A stretch of DNA of 54,759 nucleotides, taken from assembly GCA_014381585.1 (NCBI GenBank), contig JACNLH010000058.1:1-54759 (forward strand). Reading direction: 5' to 3'. This DNA is from Candidatus Sulfurimonas ponti (GTDB lineage: Bacteria; Campylobacterota; Campylobacteria; Campylobacterales; Sulfurimonadaceae). Below the pieces are notes generated by a model, which did not search any database, was not told where the DNA came from, and was given only the letters and a program-made list of their open reading frames with translations. Both the position numbers and the translations under genes were made by a program. Of the stretch, positions 1 to 9,213 are shown one piece after another. The stretch's first letter is position 1, and each line of letters opens with the position of its first letter.

Positions 1-1030
1 TAGAATCCGCCTTTTTTTGTTGATAACTTATTCCGTATAGTATATTTAAATCATCCAACTTATGCACATTTTCAACACTTAACTTCGCTAAAGAATTCTC
101 AAACTCCACATCGAGTTCGTTGACAATACTTCCATCATTAAGTTTTATACCGTTTGGATCTTTAGAATGGACACCGTTTTGTTCTTGTGAATAAGATGCT
201 TGGATCTTTAAACCATCTATATATTTACTAAAAGATATATATTTATAGTCCGAGTACACTTCTGATAATTCCGGTGTTTTTTGTATGCCCACACCGGCTA
301 AAGCATCATGGTCTGTCATATAGCTGGATAACTCCAAGATATAATCATCTTCTTTTTTTATATTTGCATAGATGTTGATATTGTCACTGTATCTTGGGAC
401 TGAATATCCTTGATTGGATATCTCACCTTTATCATCATACTTTTTCTTTGCATATAAAAGATACTCTAAAGCATTTTCACTCACACCTGTATGAAAAGCT
501 TCTAAGGAGTGACTTCCTCTTGAGCCATAAGAAGTCGCCACAAAACCGCCATTTTCTCTTTTTGGGTCTTTTGTGTAAATCTTGATGGTGACAAAACCAT
601 ACTCATTTCCAAATTTTATAGCGCTTCCGCCAAGATACACTTCAACATGATCCACATGGCCAAGATCATACTCAGCAATGATTTCCAAAGCGCTGCCATT
701 TACTGCAGAAGACATCTCATGATCGTTGATATACACCCGTATACATCCGGAGTTGGCACAGGATGCCCCCGCTCTTTGTAAAGCGACATTACCCTTAACG
801 CCCTCTTGAAGGTTAAAAAAACGTGTTGACTTTAAAATATCTTTTAAAACATGCGCTTGCATTTTGTCTAAATCATTACGAGAAAAAACAATCAAATGCC
901 CGGCACTTTCATCTTTTGTTTTATGGTGAAGTGCACTCTGTGATTCATACTCATTAAGCAGAGAACTTAAATCATCCTCTGAAAATAACAATGTAAATGA
1001 GACAAGGCAAAATAGTGCAATTTTAATCAT
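1..1030 (-). CDS. TonB-dependent receptor (N-terminal part with plug domain; 3' end runs off the window start; not in ORF track)
   Basis: Manual translation from ATG at 1030: MIKIALFCLVSFTLLFSEDDLSSLLNEYESQSALHHKTKDESAGHLIVFSRNDLDKMQAHVLKDILK...IRVYINDHE...YDLGHVDHVEVYLGGSAIKFGNEYGFVTIKIYTK. Signal peptide plus typical plug-domain pattern (ieriEVlkG.sa..yG....gvInI.TK). Confidence 0.8.
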   Translation of the reverse strand, partial: MIKIALFCLVSFTLLFSEDDLSSLLNEYESQSALHHKTKDESAGHLIVFSRNDLDKMQAHVLKDILKSTRFFNLQEGVKGNVALQRAGASCANSGCIRVYINDHEMSSAVNGSALEIIAEYDLGHVDHVEVYLGGSAIKFGNEYGFVTIKIYTKDPKRENGGFVATSYGSRGSHSLEAFHTGVSENALEYLLYAKKKYDDKGEISNQGYSVPRYSDNINIYANIKKEDDYILELSSYMTDHDALAGVGIQKTPELSEVYSDYKYISFSKYIDGLKIQASYSQEQNGVHSKDPNGIKLNDGSIVNELDVEFENSLAKLSVENVHKLDDLNILYGISYQQKKADS

Positions 1031-1104
1031 GAAATAATTGTATCCAAATAATCCCCTGATACAAAATAAAACACTTTAGATACGTTATATAATATAAATC
1101 TAGA

Positions 1105-2388
1105 TTATTCTCCCATATAAAGTTGTCTTGGTCTTGCTATTTTAGTTTGAGTGTCTTTTTTATACTCTATCCACTGCGTTATCCAACCTACAGTTCTGCC
1201 TATTACAAAAACAGGTGTGAACATTGATTTTGGAATACCAAGAGCGGTGAGAATCACACCCGAATAAAAGTCAATATTCGGATAAAGCTTCCTGCTTATA
1301 AAGTACTCATCACAGAGGGCGATCTCTTCGATTTTGTTTGCTATACGCATAAGATTCGAATCTAAATGCAGTTCATCTTTTAATTGCTCTTGCAAACCTT
1401 TTAAAACCTTTGCTCTTGGATCAAAGTTTTTATACACACGATGACCAAAACCCATAAGTCTAAACTCATCATCAGGATCTTTTGCACGAGCTATAAACTT
1501 GTCTACATTTTCCACACTTCCTATCATCTCAAGCTGTGCAATCACGGACTCATTTGCACCTCCATGTGCTCTGCCCCAAAGTGCAGAAATACCGGCACTG
1601 ATTGCAACATATGGATGTGCTCCAGTTGAAGCAACACCCCGAACTGTGGCAGTGGAGGCATTTTGCTCATGATCTGCATGAAGTGTGAAAATTGTATCAA
1701 GTGCTTTTACTTCAATATCTTTAATAGAGTATTCACCATCTGGCCCCACATGCATCTTTCCACCCGGATAAGCACGAAGCATATACAAAAAGTTCTCAGA
1801 GAAACTTCTATCTATATCCGGATGTATGAACGGTGCTCCGATGGAGTGTCTATAAGCAAAGGCCGCAACAGTCGGCATCTTTGCAATAATTCTTCTTGCC
1901 ATCTCTTGATAACCGGCTTCATGGGAGATCTCTAAATGATCATAATAAAATGTGGATAAAGCTGCTGTTGCAGATGAGAGTGTGGCCATTGGATGTGCAC
2001 CTGCGGGAAAAGCTTGAAAAAGATGTCTGAGTGATTCATGAACTAAAGAACGATGACGAAGTTCTAAATCAAACTCTAACAACTCCTTTTTATTTGGAAG
2101 TTTTTCGTTTAAAAGCAGATAGCAAGTCTCTAAATAAGAATGATTTAAGGCAAGTTCTTCTATCTCAATACCACGGTATCTAAGTTCACCTTTATCGCCA
2201 TCTATAAAGGTGATTTCTGATTTACAGTTTGCTGTTGAAGTGAAGCCATTGTCGTAAGTGAACATTCCGGTTTGAGTGTAAAAACTTGATATATCAACCA
2301 CACTCGGTCCACGTGTTCCATCCAAAATATCAAGTTCATACATGGCACCTGTTCTATTGTCTGTCATAGTCACTGTATTAGTTTTCAT
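1105..2388 (-). CDS. gltA: Citrate synthase (type II)
   Basis: Motifs [52 protein letters not shown]. Confidence 0.97.
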   Translation of the reverse strand: MKTNTVTMTDNRTGAMYELDILDGTRGPSVVDISSFYTQTGMFTYDNGFTSTANCKSEITFIDGDKGELRYRGIEIEELALNHSYLETCYLLLNEKLPNKKELLEFDLELRHRSLVHESLRHLFQAFPAGAHPMATLSSATAALSTFYYDHLEISHEAGYQEMARRIIAKMPTVAAFAYRHSIGAPFIHPDIDRSFSENFLYMLRAYPGGKMHVGPDGEYSIKDIEVKALDTIFTLHADHEQNASTATVRGVASTGAHPYVAISAGISALWGRAHGGANESVIAQLEMIGSVENVDKFIARAKDPDDEFRLMGFGHRVYKNFDPRAKVLKGLQEQLKDELHLDSNLMRIANKIEEIALCDEYFISRKLYPNIDFYSGVILTALGIPKSMFTPVFVIGRTVGWITQWIEYKKDTQTKIARPRQLYMGE

Positions 2389-2484
2389 AATATAACCCCT
2401 TATAGATGAATTGTATATCTTATCTAATCCTAAAAAGATAAATATATCAAATTATATGAAAATATTAAGAAAAATATTGATTAT

Positions 2485-3813
2485 TTATATCTTTGTATCC
2501 AACCAAGCTCTTTTTTGATAAATGTACCAATAAATCAAACCTTTTATAAGTGTTTCTATATTCATAATAATAAATATAGCAATGATTTCATAGCCTAGTT
2601 TGTATGCAAAATAAGATGGGACAACTCTTAAAAACCATAAAGATAAGACATTGATTTTAAGTGCTGTTTGGGTGGCACCTGCACCTCGAAGCGCAGAAGA
2701 ATATACAAACATGATTGCAAGTGGAATTTGTGCCAGACCAACTAAAATCAAATATTTTGAAGCTACTATAATTGTTGCACTGTCTTGGGTGAAAAAACCC
2801 ACCAAATATTCGGGAAACAGTATTAAAATAATTCCAACACCTCCCATAAACACATAGGCGATTCTTCCACTGATGATTCCCATATTAAAAGCTTTTTCTT
2901 TATTTTTAGCTCCGATACTTTGACCCACTAGTGCCATAGCAGCAACTGCAAATCCAAAACCTGGCATAAATGCTATACCTTCTATACGAAGTCCAACTTG
3001 ATACCCGGCAAGTTCTGCTGTTCCGTATGCAGTGATAATTGAGACAAAGACTAAGAAACTGATACTAGAAATTCCACGATCAAGTGCTGCACTCCAGCCA
3101 ACTTTCCACACTCTTTTTAAATCCTTTATACGAATGATGGGAATTAAATTTAATTTTGTACGGGGAAGCTTTAAAAGAGCTAGATATGCCAGAACATTAA
3201 AGGCGTAGGATATCACAGTGGCAATTGCTGCACCTTCAATTCCCATAGCTTCAAAACCGAAATGTCCAAAAATGAGGACATAGTTTAAAAAAGCATTTAA
3301 GAAGGCTGAAAAAAGTTTTATATAAAGTGAACTTGAGGTGTCTCCGGCGGCTGAGAGTGCATTGTATAAAAGCGCGTCTATAAAGAGTACAATAATCCCC
3401 AAGCAGATAATCTTAAAATACAATGCACCCTGCACAACCACTTCAGGCTCTGAGCCCATCCATATATAAAAGTTTTCACTTCCTATGTAGCCGACAATTG
3501 AAACAAAAACAGAAAACACACTCGCAAAAACTCCAAGTGAGAACAGTAAAGAGGATGCTCTTTTTTTTCTACCTTCACCGATAAACCTAGAGATCAGAGC
3601 ATTTCCACCGACAATGTATAAGGTCATTAAAACATTTATAATCATCATAAACTGCATACTCAGACCAACGGCAGCCAAGGCATACACGCTAATCATTCCA
3701 ACCATGAGCATATCGATTAAAATCTGGAGTATGTCCACAAGATGTTTGAGTGCTGCAGGAATTGCTAAAGCAAAAACTGCTCTAGTGTCTTTAGAAATTA
3801 TTTGTCGAAAAAT
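2485..3813 (-). CDS. MATE family efflux transporter (track start 3738 is probably too short; probable non-canonical start at 3813 or 3798-3801)
   Basis: Polytopic membrane protein with IDMLMVG, GDT...NAFLNYVLIFG...GIEGAAIAT, LVGQSIGA, LRGAG motifs. The frame stays open upstream of 3738 and encodes the first-helix motif LAIPAAL. Confidence 0.88.
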   Translation of the reverse strand: MFRQIISKDTRAVFALAIPAALKHLVDILQILIDMLMVGMISVYALAAVGLSMQFMMIINVLMTLYIVGGNALISRFIGEGRKKRASSLLFSLGVFASVFSVFVSIVGYIGSENFYIWMGSEPEVVVQGALYFKIICLGIIVLFIDALLYNALSAAGDTSSSLYIKLFSAFLNAFLNYVLIFGHFGFEAMGIEGAAIATVISYAFNVLAYLALLKLPRTKLNLIPIIRIKDLKRVWKVGWSAALDRGISSISFLVFVSIITAYGTAELAGYQVGLRIEGIAFMPGFGFAVAAMALVGQSIGAKNKEKAFNMGIISGRIAYVFMGGVGIILILFPEYLVGFFTQDSATIIVASKYLILVGLAQIPLAIMFVYSSALRGAGATQTALKINVLSLWFLRVVPSYFAYKLGYEIIAIFIIMNIETLIKGLIYWYIYQKRAWLDTKI

Positions 3814-4076
3814 TGAGCCACCTCTATCATAGCATTCACCAGTTCTTCTCGAGTGTCAAAAACTAAAGTTTGTTTATTCTTCACTTCTTCATTCAATGGG
3901 GTGAAATCAAAAACTAAAACATAGTGTGATAGTTTCACTTTCTCTGCATTGCTGTCCATCCATTCCAAACTCATCTCTGCCACTTCACCATACATTTCTA
4001 TGACAGCCGCAGGATAAAGTCTTGTTATAGTGGATAAATCTATATCCCCATCTTTTGATTTATATATCATCTTCAT
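3798..4076 (-). CDS. Hypothetical soluble protein (92 aa; alternative start 4070)
   Basis: Tightly packed in the operon, overlapping both neighbours; normal composition; no recognised motif. Confidence 0.7.
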   Translation of the reverse strand: MKMIYKSKDGDIDLSTITRLYPAAVIEMYGEVAEMSLEWMDSNAEKVKLSHYVLVFDFTPLNEEVKNKQTLVFDTREELVNAMIEVAQFFDK

Positions 4077-4311
4077 CCTTATTTAAGGTTTTTTTCATTT
4101 CACCGTTTTTCATTTTCAAATAAGCCAAGAGACCAAAAAGTGTCCCTGTGATAATGAAGAATGCACCTACATAATCATTTTTTTGATACGCCATTATAAT
4201 CCAGCATATATCTGCGAACAGATAGATTATCACGGCCTGATAAATTTTCCCTTTGTATGTTAAAAAAGCACCTATGTTTAAAAGCACCCCTCCCAAAATA
4301 GCAAAACTCAT
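4060..4311 (-). CDS. Small membrane protein with about 3 TM helices
   Basis: Three hydrophobic segments and a charged C-terminus; ATG overlaps the MFS stop (TAATG). Confidence 0.75.
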   Translation of the reverse strand: MSFAILGGVLLNIGAFLTYKGKIYQAVIIYLFADICWIIMAYQKNDYVGAFFIITGTLFGLLAYLKMKNGEMKKTLNKDEDDI

Positions 4312-5516
4312 TATGAAACTTCCTTAATATTTTGTGTATTTATGACCCAGGCAAAATAGATGGCACCAATCACAAAAGCAGTGCCTAAGACAAAAGTGAC
4401 TTCTTCAAGAGAGAAATTATTCACATTTAAATAACCTATAAAAAAAGATGTGAACGCTGCCGTGCTTAAAAACAACATATCATTATAAGCCACAATACGG
4501 CCATAATACTTTTCTTCTATATTTTTTTGAAGCAAGGTATATGTATAGGACCATAAGGTTGTGGTGAAAAATCCAACTAATACACTCGCAAGTAAGGATA
4601 AATAAAAATTCTTCATAAGCAATGCCCATATCCAAACGGCTATTGCCTGAAATATAAATATATAAACTATACGTTTTTTACTTATCCAGTTTCCTATAAT
4701 CATCGGCCCGACCACTAAGCCCACTGCACGGGAAGAATGCAATAAACCAAGAGCTAAAGATGTCGCAATGACAGAAGCATAATACTTATCCACCATTAAT
4801 GCAACAAGCGCGTCAAAAGCAGTGAAACCCACAAAAGCGTGCACTAACATAAGATGAAAAGCATGAGGGGTTTTTCTAAGATATGAAAAGGTGTCCTTCA
4901 TCATTTGCAGTAAATTCTCATCTGATTTTATTGGATTAACATTTATAGGAAGTTTGTATAACAAAAAGAAACTGACCACAAACATAAAACCATCTAAAAT
5001 AAAGGCGACTTTCACGCCAAACATATAAACAACAAATCCACTTAATGCCATTCCCAAGGTGTAAGACAAAGACCAAATTATAGAATGGAGTTCATTTGCC
5101 TTTTGCAGTTTATCTCCATCTAATATCTTTGGTAAAAGAGACATCTCTGTGGTGAAGTAAAAACTCGCAGCTGCCATTTTAAAAAATATCAGTATGTAAA
5201 GTAAGTTTAAATCACTTGTATCATTAATTAAAAGCAATGAAAATGTTGCAAGCATTTCTATAGACATTAAAATAAGCATAAGCTTCTTTGGTTTCACACT
5301 ATCTATAATAGTTCCAGAAAAAGGAGCTTGAATCACTCCTGCGAGAAAATGAAGCATTGCCACAAAGGCCACAACTTCCACTGATACGTTCATGTCTAAT
5401 AATAATGTATATATTGCAACATTAGAGAACCACGCACCAAAATATACGATGAGCTGAATAATGGATAATCTTTTTAATATTGCGTGGGAATTTAATAAGC
5501 TGACATATTCTTTCAT
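4311..5516 (-). CDS. MFS transporter (DHA3/EntS-like)
   Basis: 401 aa, about 12 hydrophobic segments; variant motif A (GTIIDSVKPKK); LLQKNIEEKYYGRI motif. Confidence 0.88.
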   Translation of the reverse strand: MKEYVSLLNSHAILKRLSIIQLIVYFGAWFSNVAIYTLLLDMNVSVEVVAFVAMLHFLAGVIQAPFSGTIIDSVKPKKLMLILMSIEMLATFSLLLINDTSDLNLLYILIFFKMAAASFYFTTEMSLLPKILDGDKLQKANELHSIIWSLSYTLGMALSGFVVYMFGVKVAFILDGFMFVVSFFLLYKLPINVNPIKSDENLLQMMKDTFSYLRKTPHAFHLMLVHAFVGFTAFDALVALMVDKYYASVIATSLALGLLHSSRAVGLVVGPMIIGNWISKKRIVYIFIFQAIAVWIWALLMKNFYLSLLASVLVGFFTTTLWSYTYTLLQKNIEEKYYGRIVAYNDMLFLSTAAFTSFFIGYLNVNNFSLEEVTFVLGTAFVIGAIYFAWVINTQNIKEVS

Positions 5517-5576
5517 AAGCGTAAGGGTATCTAAAAGGAGGTTAAAAAGAAATTTTAAATTTTGTATTAAATTAGT

Positions 5577-5603
5577 TAAAGTTATTTTTTATATTGTCGA
5601 TAT
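5577..5603 (+). promoter_or_regulatory. Sigma28 (FliA)-type promoter for flaG
   Basis: TAAA-N15-GTCGATAT closely matches the TAAA-N15-GCCGATAA consensus; lies 50 bp upstream of the flaG ATG, which has an AAGGAG SD. Confidence 0.75.
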
Positions 5604-5653
5604 CCTGTGTAATAAGAGTATTCTTTTAAAGATAAAAAAGTAAGGAGTTAGTC

Positions 5654-6055
5654 ATGGATGGCATAGCAAATGTTGCGAAGCAACAACAAACTCAGGTGAA
5701 TGCACACGTTGATTCTGGAGCTTCTCAAGGAAGAGTCGCACAGCCTCAAACTAAGTTTCAATCTCAAGCCGTAAAACCACAAAATTTGGTTGAGGATGTT
5801 CAAGATGCTTCAAAACCAAGAACGAAGATAAATTCTAAAGCGCAGATGGACAACTTGGTTGATGAATTAAATAAAGCGATGGCTCCGATGAACACAGGTA
5901 TAAAATTCGGTGTTGACACGGATGATATATTTTATGTATCCGTTATTGAATCTGAAACCAGTAAAATGATACGAAGGTTTCCTGCAGAAAAAGCAGCAGA
6001 TTTTCTTCCAAAAATGCAAGAAGTCACCGGAATGTTATTTGACATGAAAGGGTGA
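5654..6055 (+). CDS. flaG: Flagellar protein FlaG
   Basis: C-terminal FlaG domain (VDELNKAM...IKFGV...YVSVIESETSKMIRRFPAE...GMLFD) after a low-complexity Gln-rich N-terminus; sigma28 promoter upstream. Confidence 0.88.
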   Translation: MDGIANVAKQQQTQVNAHVDSGASQGRVAQPQTKFQSQAVKPQNLVEDVQDASKPRTKINSKAQMDNLVDELNKAMAPMNTGIKFGVDTDDIFYVSVIESETSKMIRRFPAEKAADFLPKMQEVTGMLFDMKG

Positions 6056-6074
6056 ATTCTTTTACCCTCTTCAT
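6044..6074 (+). terminator. Stem-loop over the flaG stop codon (possible terminator or 3' stabiliser)
   Basis: ATGAA-AGGGTGAA TTCT TTTACCCT-c-TTCAT hairpin; only a weak U-tract follows. Confidence 0.4.
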
Positions 6075-6220
6075 CTTGCGAAAAACATCTAAGACTTCGT
6101 ACACACACTCTTTGCAGTGAATCATTCTTAATCTCTTTTATATATACCTCTGTACTAATCATTTTTTAATGTGTTTTATTGTAAAATCGCGCTTATTAAT
6201 TTGAATATATAGGGTTGTTT

Positions 6221-7456
6221 ATGAAAAAAGAAGTAAAAAAAGTAGTCCTTGCCTATTCTGGTGGCTTAGACACTAGTATTATCCTAAAATGGCTCCAAGA
6301 TGAATATAATGCAGAAGTTATCACTTTCACAGCAGACTTAGGTCAAGGTGAAGAAGTGGAACCTGCACGTCAAAAAGCACTTGACAATGGTATTAAACCA
6401 GAAAATATTTTCATTCTTGACATCCAAGAAGAATTTGTAAAAGACTATGTGTTTCCTATGTTTAGAGCAAATGCTATCTATGAAGGTGAATATTTACTTG
6501 GCACTTCAATAGCAAGACCGCTTATCGCAAAAAAACAAATTGAAATTGCAAAGAAGATGGGTGCGGATGCAGTGTCTCATGGAGCTACCGGTAAAGGGAA
6601 TGATCAAGTGAGATTTGAACTTGGTTACTTAGGTCTGAATCCTGATATCACCGTTATCGCACCATGGAGAGAATGGGATTTAAATTCAAGAGAAAAACTT
6701 TTATCTTATGCAAAAGAACATGGAATCAAAATAGATCAAAAACATGTTGATAAAGATGGAAATCCTACTGTAAGCCCTTATTCTATGGATGCAAATTTAC
6801 TTCATATCTCTTATGAAGGGCTTCATCTAGAAGATCCGATGAATGAGCCTGAAGAATCAATGTGGCTATGGTCAAATTCGCCAGAAAATGCTCCAGATGA
6901 AAAAGAATACATTACAATCGGATACAAGAATGGTGACCCAATCTCAATAAACGGTGAAGAACTAAGCCCTGCTACAATACTTCGCACACTTAACACTTAT
7001 GGGAATAAACACGGTATCGGAAGAATTGATATCGTAGAAAACCGTTTTGTTGGGATGAAAGCCCGTGGATGTTATGAAACACCAGGTGGAACTATTATGT
7101 TAAAAGCGCACCGTGCGATAGAATCTATCTGTCTAGACCGTGAAGAAGCACATATGAAAGATGGTATGATTGCCAAATATGCTGAACTTATTTATAACGG
7201 TTTTTGGTTTTCTCCAGAACGTGAAATGATGCAAGCTGCAATTGACACTACACAAAAATATGTTCAAGGGACAGTTAAACTAAAACTATATAAAGGTAAT
7301 GTTGAAGTTGTAGGACGTGAATCAGATATGTCACTCTACTCTGAAGAACATTCAACATTTGAAGAAGACGAAGTATATAACCAAAAAGATGCAGAAGGTT
7401 TTATTCGCTTAAATGCGCTTAGAAGAATCATCGCCGGTAAAAAAAGAAACCACTAA
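6221..7456 (+). CDS. argG: Argininosuccinate synthase (track start TTG 6215; ATG 6221 preferred)
   Basis: [40 protein letters not shown] motifs. Confidence 0.97.
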   Translation: MKKEVKKVVLAYSGGLDTSIILKWLQDEYNAEVITFTADLGQGEEVEPARQKALDNGIKPENIFILDIQEEFVKDYVFPMFRANAIYEGEYLLGTSIARPLIAKKQIEIAKKMGADAVSHGATGKGNDQVRFELGYLGLNPDITVIAPWREWDLNSREKLLSYAKEHGIKIDQKHVDKDGNPTVSPYSMDANLLHISYEGLHLEDPMNEPEESMWLWSNSPENAPDEKEYITIGYKNGDPISINGEELSPATILRTLNTYGNKHGIGRIDIVENRFVGMKARGCYETPGGTIMLKAHRAIESICLDREEAHMKDGMIAKYAELIYNGFWFSPEREMMQAAIDTTQKYVQGTVKLKLYKGNVEVVGRESDMSLYSEEHSTFEEDEVYNQKDAEGFIRLNALRRIIAGKKRNH

Positions 7457-7480
7457 AAGTTTACAAAGGACTAAATAACT

Positions 7481-8218
7481 ATGAGTATAATTAAAATCGA
7501 TATGGATTCACCCGAGTTTCAAGAAAGAATGGAAAAAACAGTAAAATTCACAGATAAAGTATGTGAATCACGTGGATGGGTGTACAACCCCGAAGAAGAG
7601 GTTAACGAAGGTGTGCAAATGGGTCTTGCCCGCAACAAGATGATGTACAACAAACTTTTTTGTCCATGTTTTATGGTTGAAGAAGTTGATGGAAAACCAC
7701 AAAGTGTTGATAATAGAACATGCCCTTGCACCCCTGCAATAGAAAAAGAGATTCCTGAAATAGGATCTTGTCATTGTGGAATTTTCTGCACACCTGAATT
7801 TGCGGCAGCAAAAAGAATTGAACTTGGGATGGAAGAAGCAGCACATACACATTCTCGCGGTCTCACAAAAGAAGAAGCGCAAATGCTTGTAAGTAAAAGT
7901 GAATTAGACGGAGATGAAATGGTTTCTTTATTTGAAGCTAGAGAATTAAAAATGGTTGACTTTACAGTCGTTGATGTTCGTGAACATATGGAATGGCAAA
8001 TGGGTCATATAAAAGGTGCGGATAAACTTGTTCCAACAAGCAGTTTCTTTCAAACATGGGATGAAGCAAACTTAGCTAAAGATGACAATATTATTTTATA
8101 TTGCCATGTTGGAAGCAGAAGTGCGCATGTTGCAAGGATCTTAACAGATCAAGGATATACAAACATTGGGAACTTAACCCATGGTATTGTTTCTTATGGC
8201 GGGGAGAAAATAAGATAA
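7481..8218 (+). CDS. Ferredoxin:thioredoxin reductase catalytic-subunit-like domain fused to a rhodanese domain
   Basis: N-terminal CPC...CPC...CHC motif set of the FTR catalytic chain; C-terminal DVRE..EW..GHIKGA and CHVGSRS rhodanese loop; AAGGA SD. Confidence 0.88.
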   Translation: MSIIKIDMDSPEFQERMEKTVKFTDKVCESRGWVYNPEEEVNEGVQMGLARNKMMYNKLFCPCFMVEEVDGKPQSVDNRTCPCTPAIEKEIPEIGSCHCGIFCTPEFAAAKRIELGMEEAAHTHSRGLTKEEAQMLVSKSELDGDEMVSLFEARELKMVDFTVVDVREHMEWQMGHIKGADKLVPTSSFFQTWDEANLAKDDNIILYCHVGSRSAHVARILTDQGYTNIGNLTHGIVSYGGEKIR

Positions 8219-8664
8219 TGAAAGTTTTATTAATAAAAGATGTGAAAACACTTGGTAAAGCAGGTGAAGTTAAAGAAGTTAAAGATGGTTACGGCAAAAA
8301 CTTTTTAATAGGAAAAGGTTTTGCCAGACATGCTACACCGGAAATTTTAGCACAACATGCAGAAGATGAACTGATAGTGGCTGAACATCTTGAAAAGGAA
8401 GTGAATTTTCTTAAAGGGATAATGAAGAAGCTAGATAAAGCAGAAATTATTATTACAAAAAAACTTGGTCAGAATGGCCATCTTTTTGGTGCTGTCACCA
8501 AAGAAGAAATAGCAGTTGCATTAAAAGAACAACATGGTATTGAAATTGACAAAAAACATATCAATGAAAAATCTGCTATTAAAACTATTGGAGAACATGA
8601 TTTAGACTTTAAACTAGGCCATGGAATCCACGCAACACTTCACGTGGATGTTCAGGGAGAATAA
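8218..8664 (+). CDS. rplI: 50S ribosomal protein L9 (true start ATG 8218, not 8101)
   Basis: MKVLLIKDVKTLGKAGEVKEVKDGYGKNFLI; GHLFGAVT; TAATG overlap with the upstream stop. Confidence 0.96.
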   Translation: MKVLLIKDVKTLGKAGEVKEVKDGYGKNFLIGKGFARHATPEILAQHAEDELIVAEHLEKEVNFLKGIMKKLDKAEIIITKKLGQNGHLFGAVTKEEIAVALKEQHGIEIDKKHINEKSAIKTIGEHDLDFKLGHGIHATLHVDVQGE

Positions 8665-8670
8665 TGACTC

Positions 8671-9213
8671 ATGTTTGATGCTACTACTATACTTGCTTAT
8701 AAAGGTAAGAGTAAAGCTGTAATAGGTGGAGATGGACAAGTTACATTTGGAGACTCAGTTCTCAAGGGTAACGCTACAAAAATCCGCACGCTAGGTCACG
8801 GAAAAATTCTTGCCGGTTTCGCAGGTAGTACAGCGGATGCTTTTAACCTTTTTGATATGTTTGAAGAGTTTCTTGAAAACAAAAAAGGTGATCTTTTAAA
8901 ATCTGTTGTTGAGTTTTCTAAAGCATGGAGAAAAGATAAAGTTCTGCGCCGTTTAGAAGCTATGATGATTGTTTTAAATAATGACCATATCTTTATACTT
9001 ACAGGTAATGGTGATGTTGTAGAACCTGAAGATGGCGAACTGGCATCTATAGGGAGTGGCGGAAACTACGCAATTTCAGCTGCGCGTGCACTTAAGAAAC
9101 ATGCATCACTTGATGAAGAAGCATTAGTTAAAGAAAGTTTATCTGTGGCAGCTGACCTTTGTATCTATACAAACCATAATATCAAAACACTTACTTTAGA
9201 GAGAGCAAAATAA
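8671..9213 (+). CDS. hslV: ATP-dependent protease peptidase subunit HslV
   Basis: Short propeptide then [27 protein letters not shown]. Confidence 0.97.
   Translation: MFDATTILAYKGKSKAVIGGDGQVTFGDSVLKGNATKIRTLGHGKILAGFAGSTADAFNLFDMFEEFLENKKGDLLKSVVEFSKAWRKDKVLRRLEAMMIVLNNDHIFILTGNGDVVEPEDGELASIGSGGNYAISAARALKKHASLDEEALVKESLSVAADLCIYTNHNIKTLTLERAK

Noticed and set aside
8101-8217. 39-aa N-terminal extension on L9 in the ORF track
   Set aside because: It is an alternative frame of the rhodanese domain; canonical L9 starts at ATG 8218.
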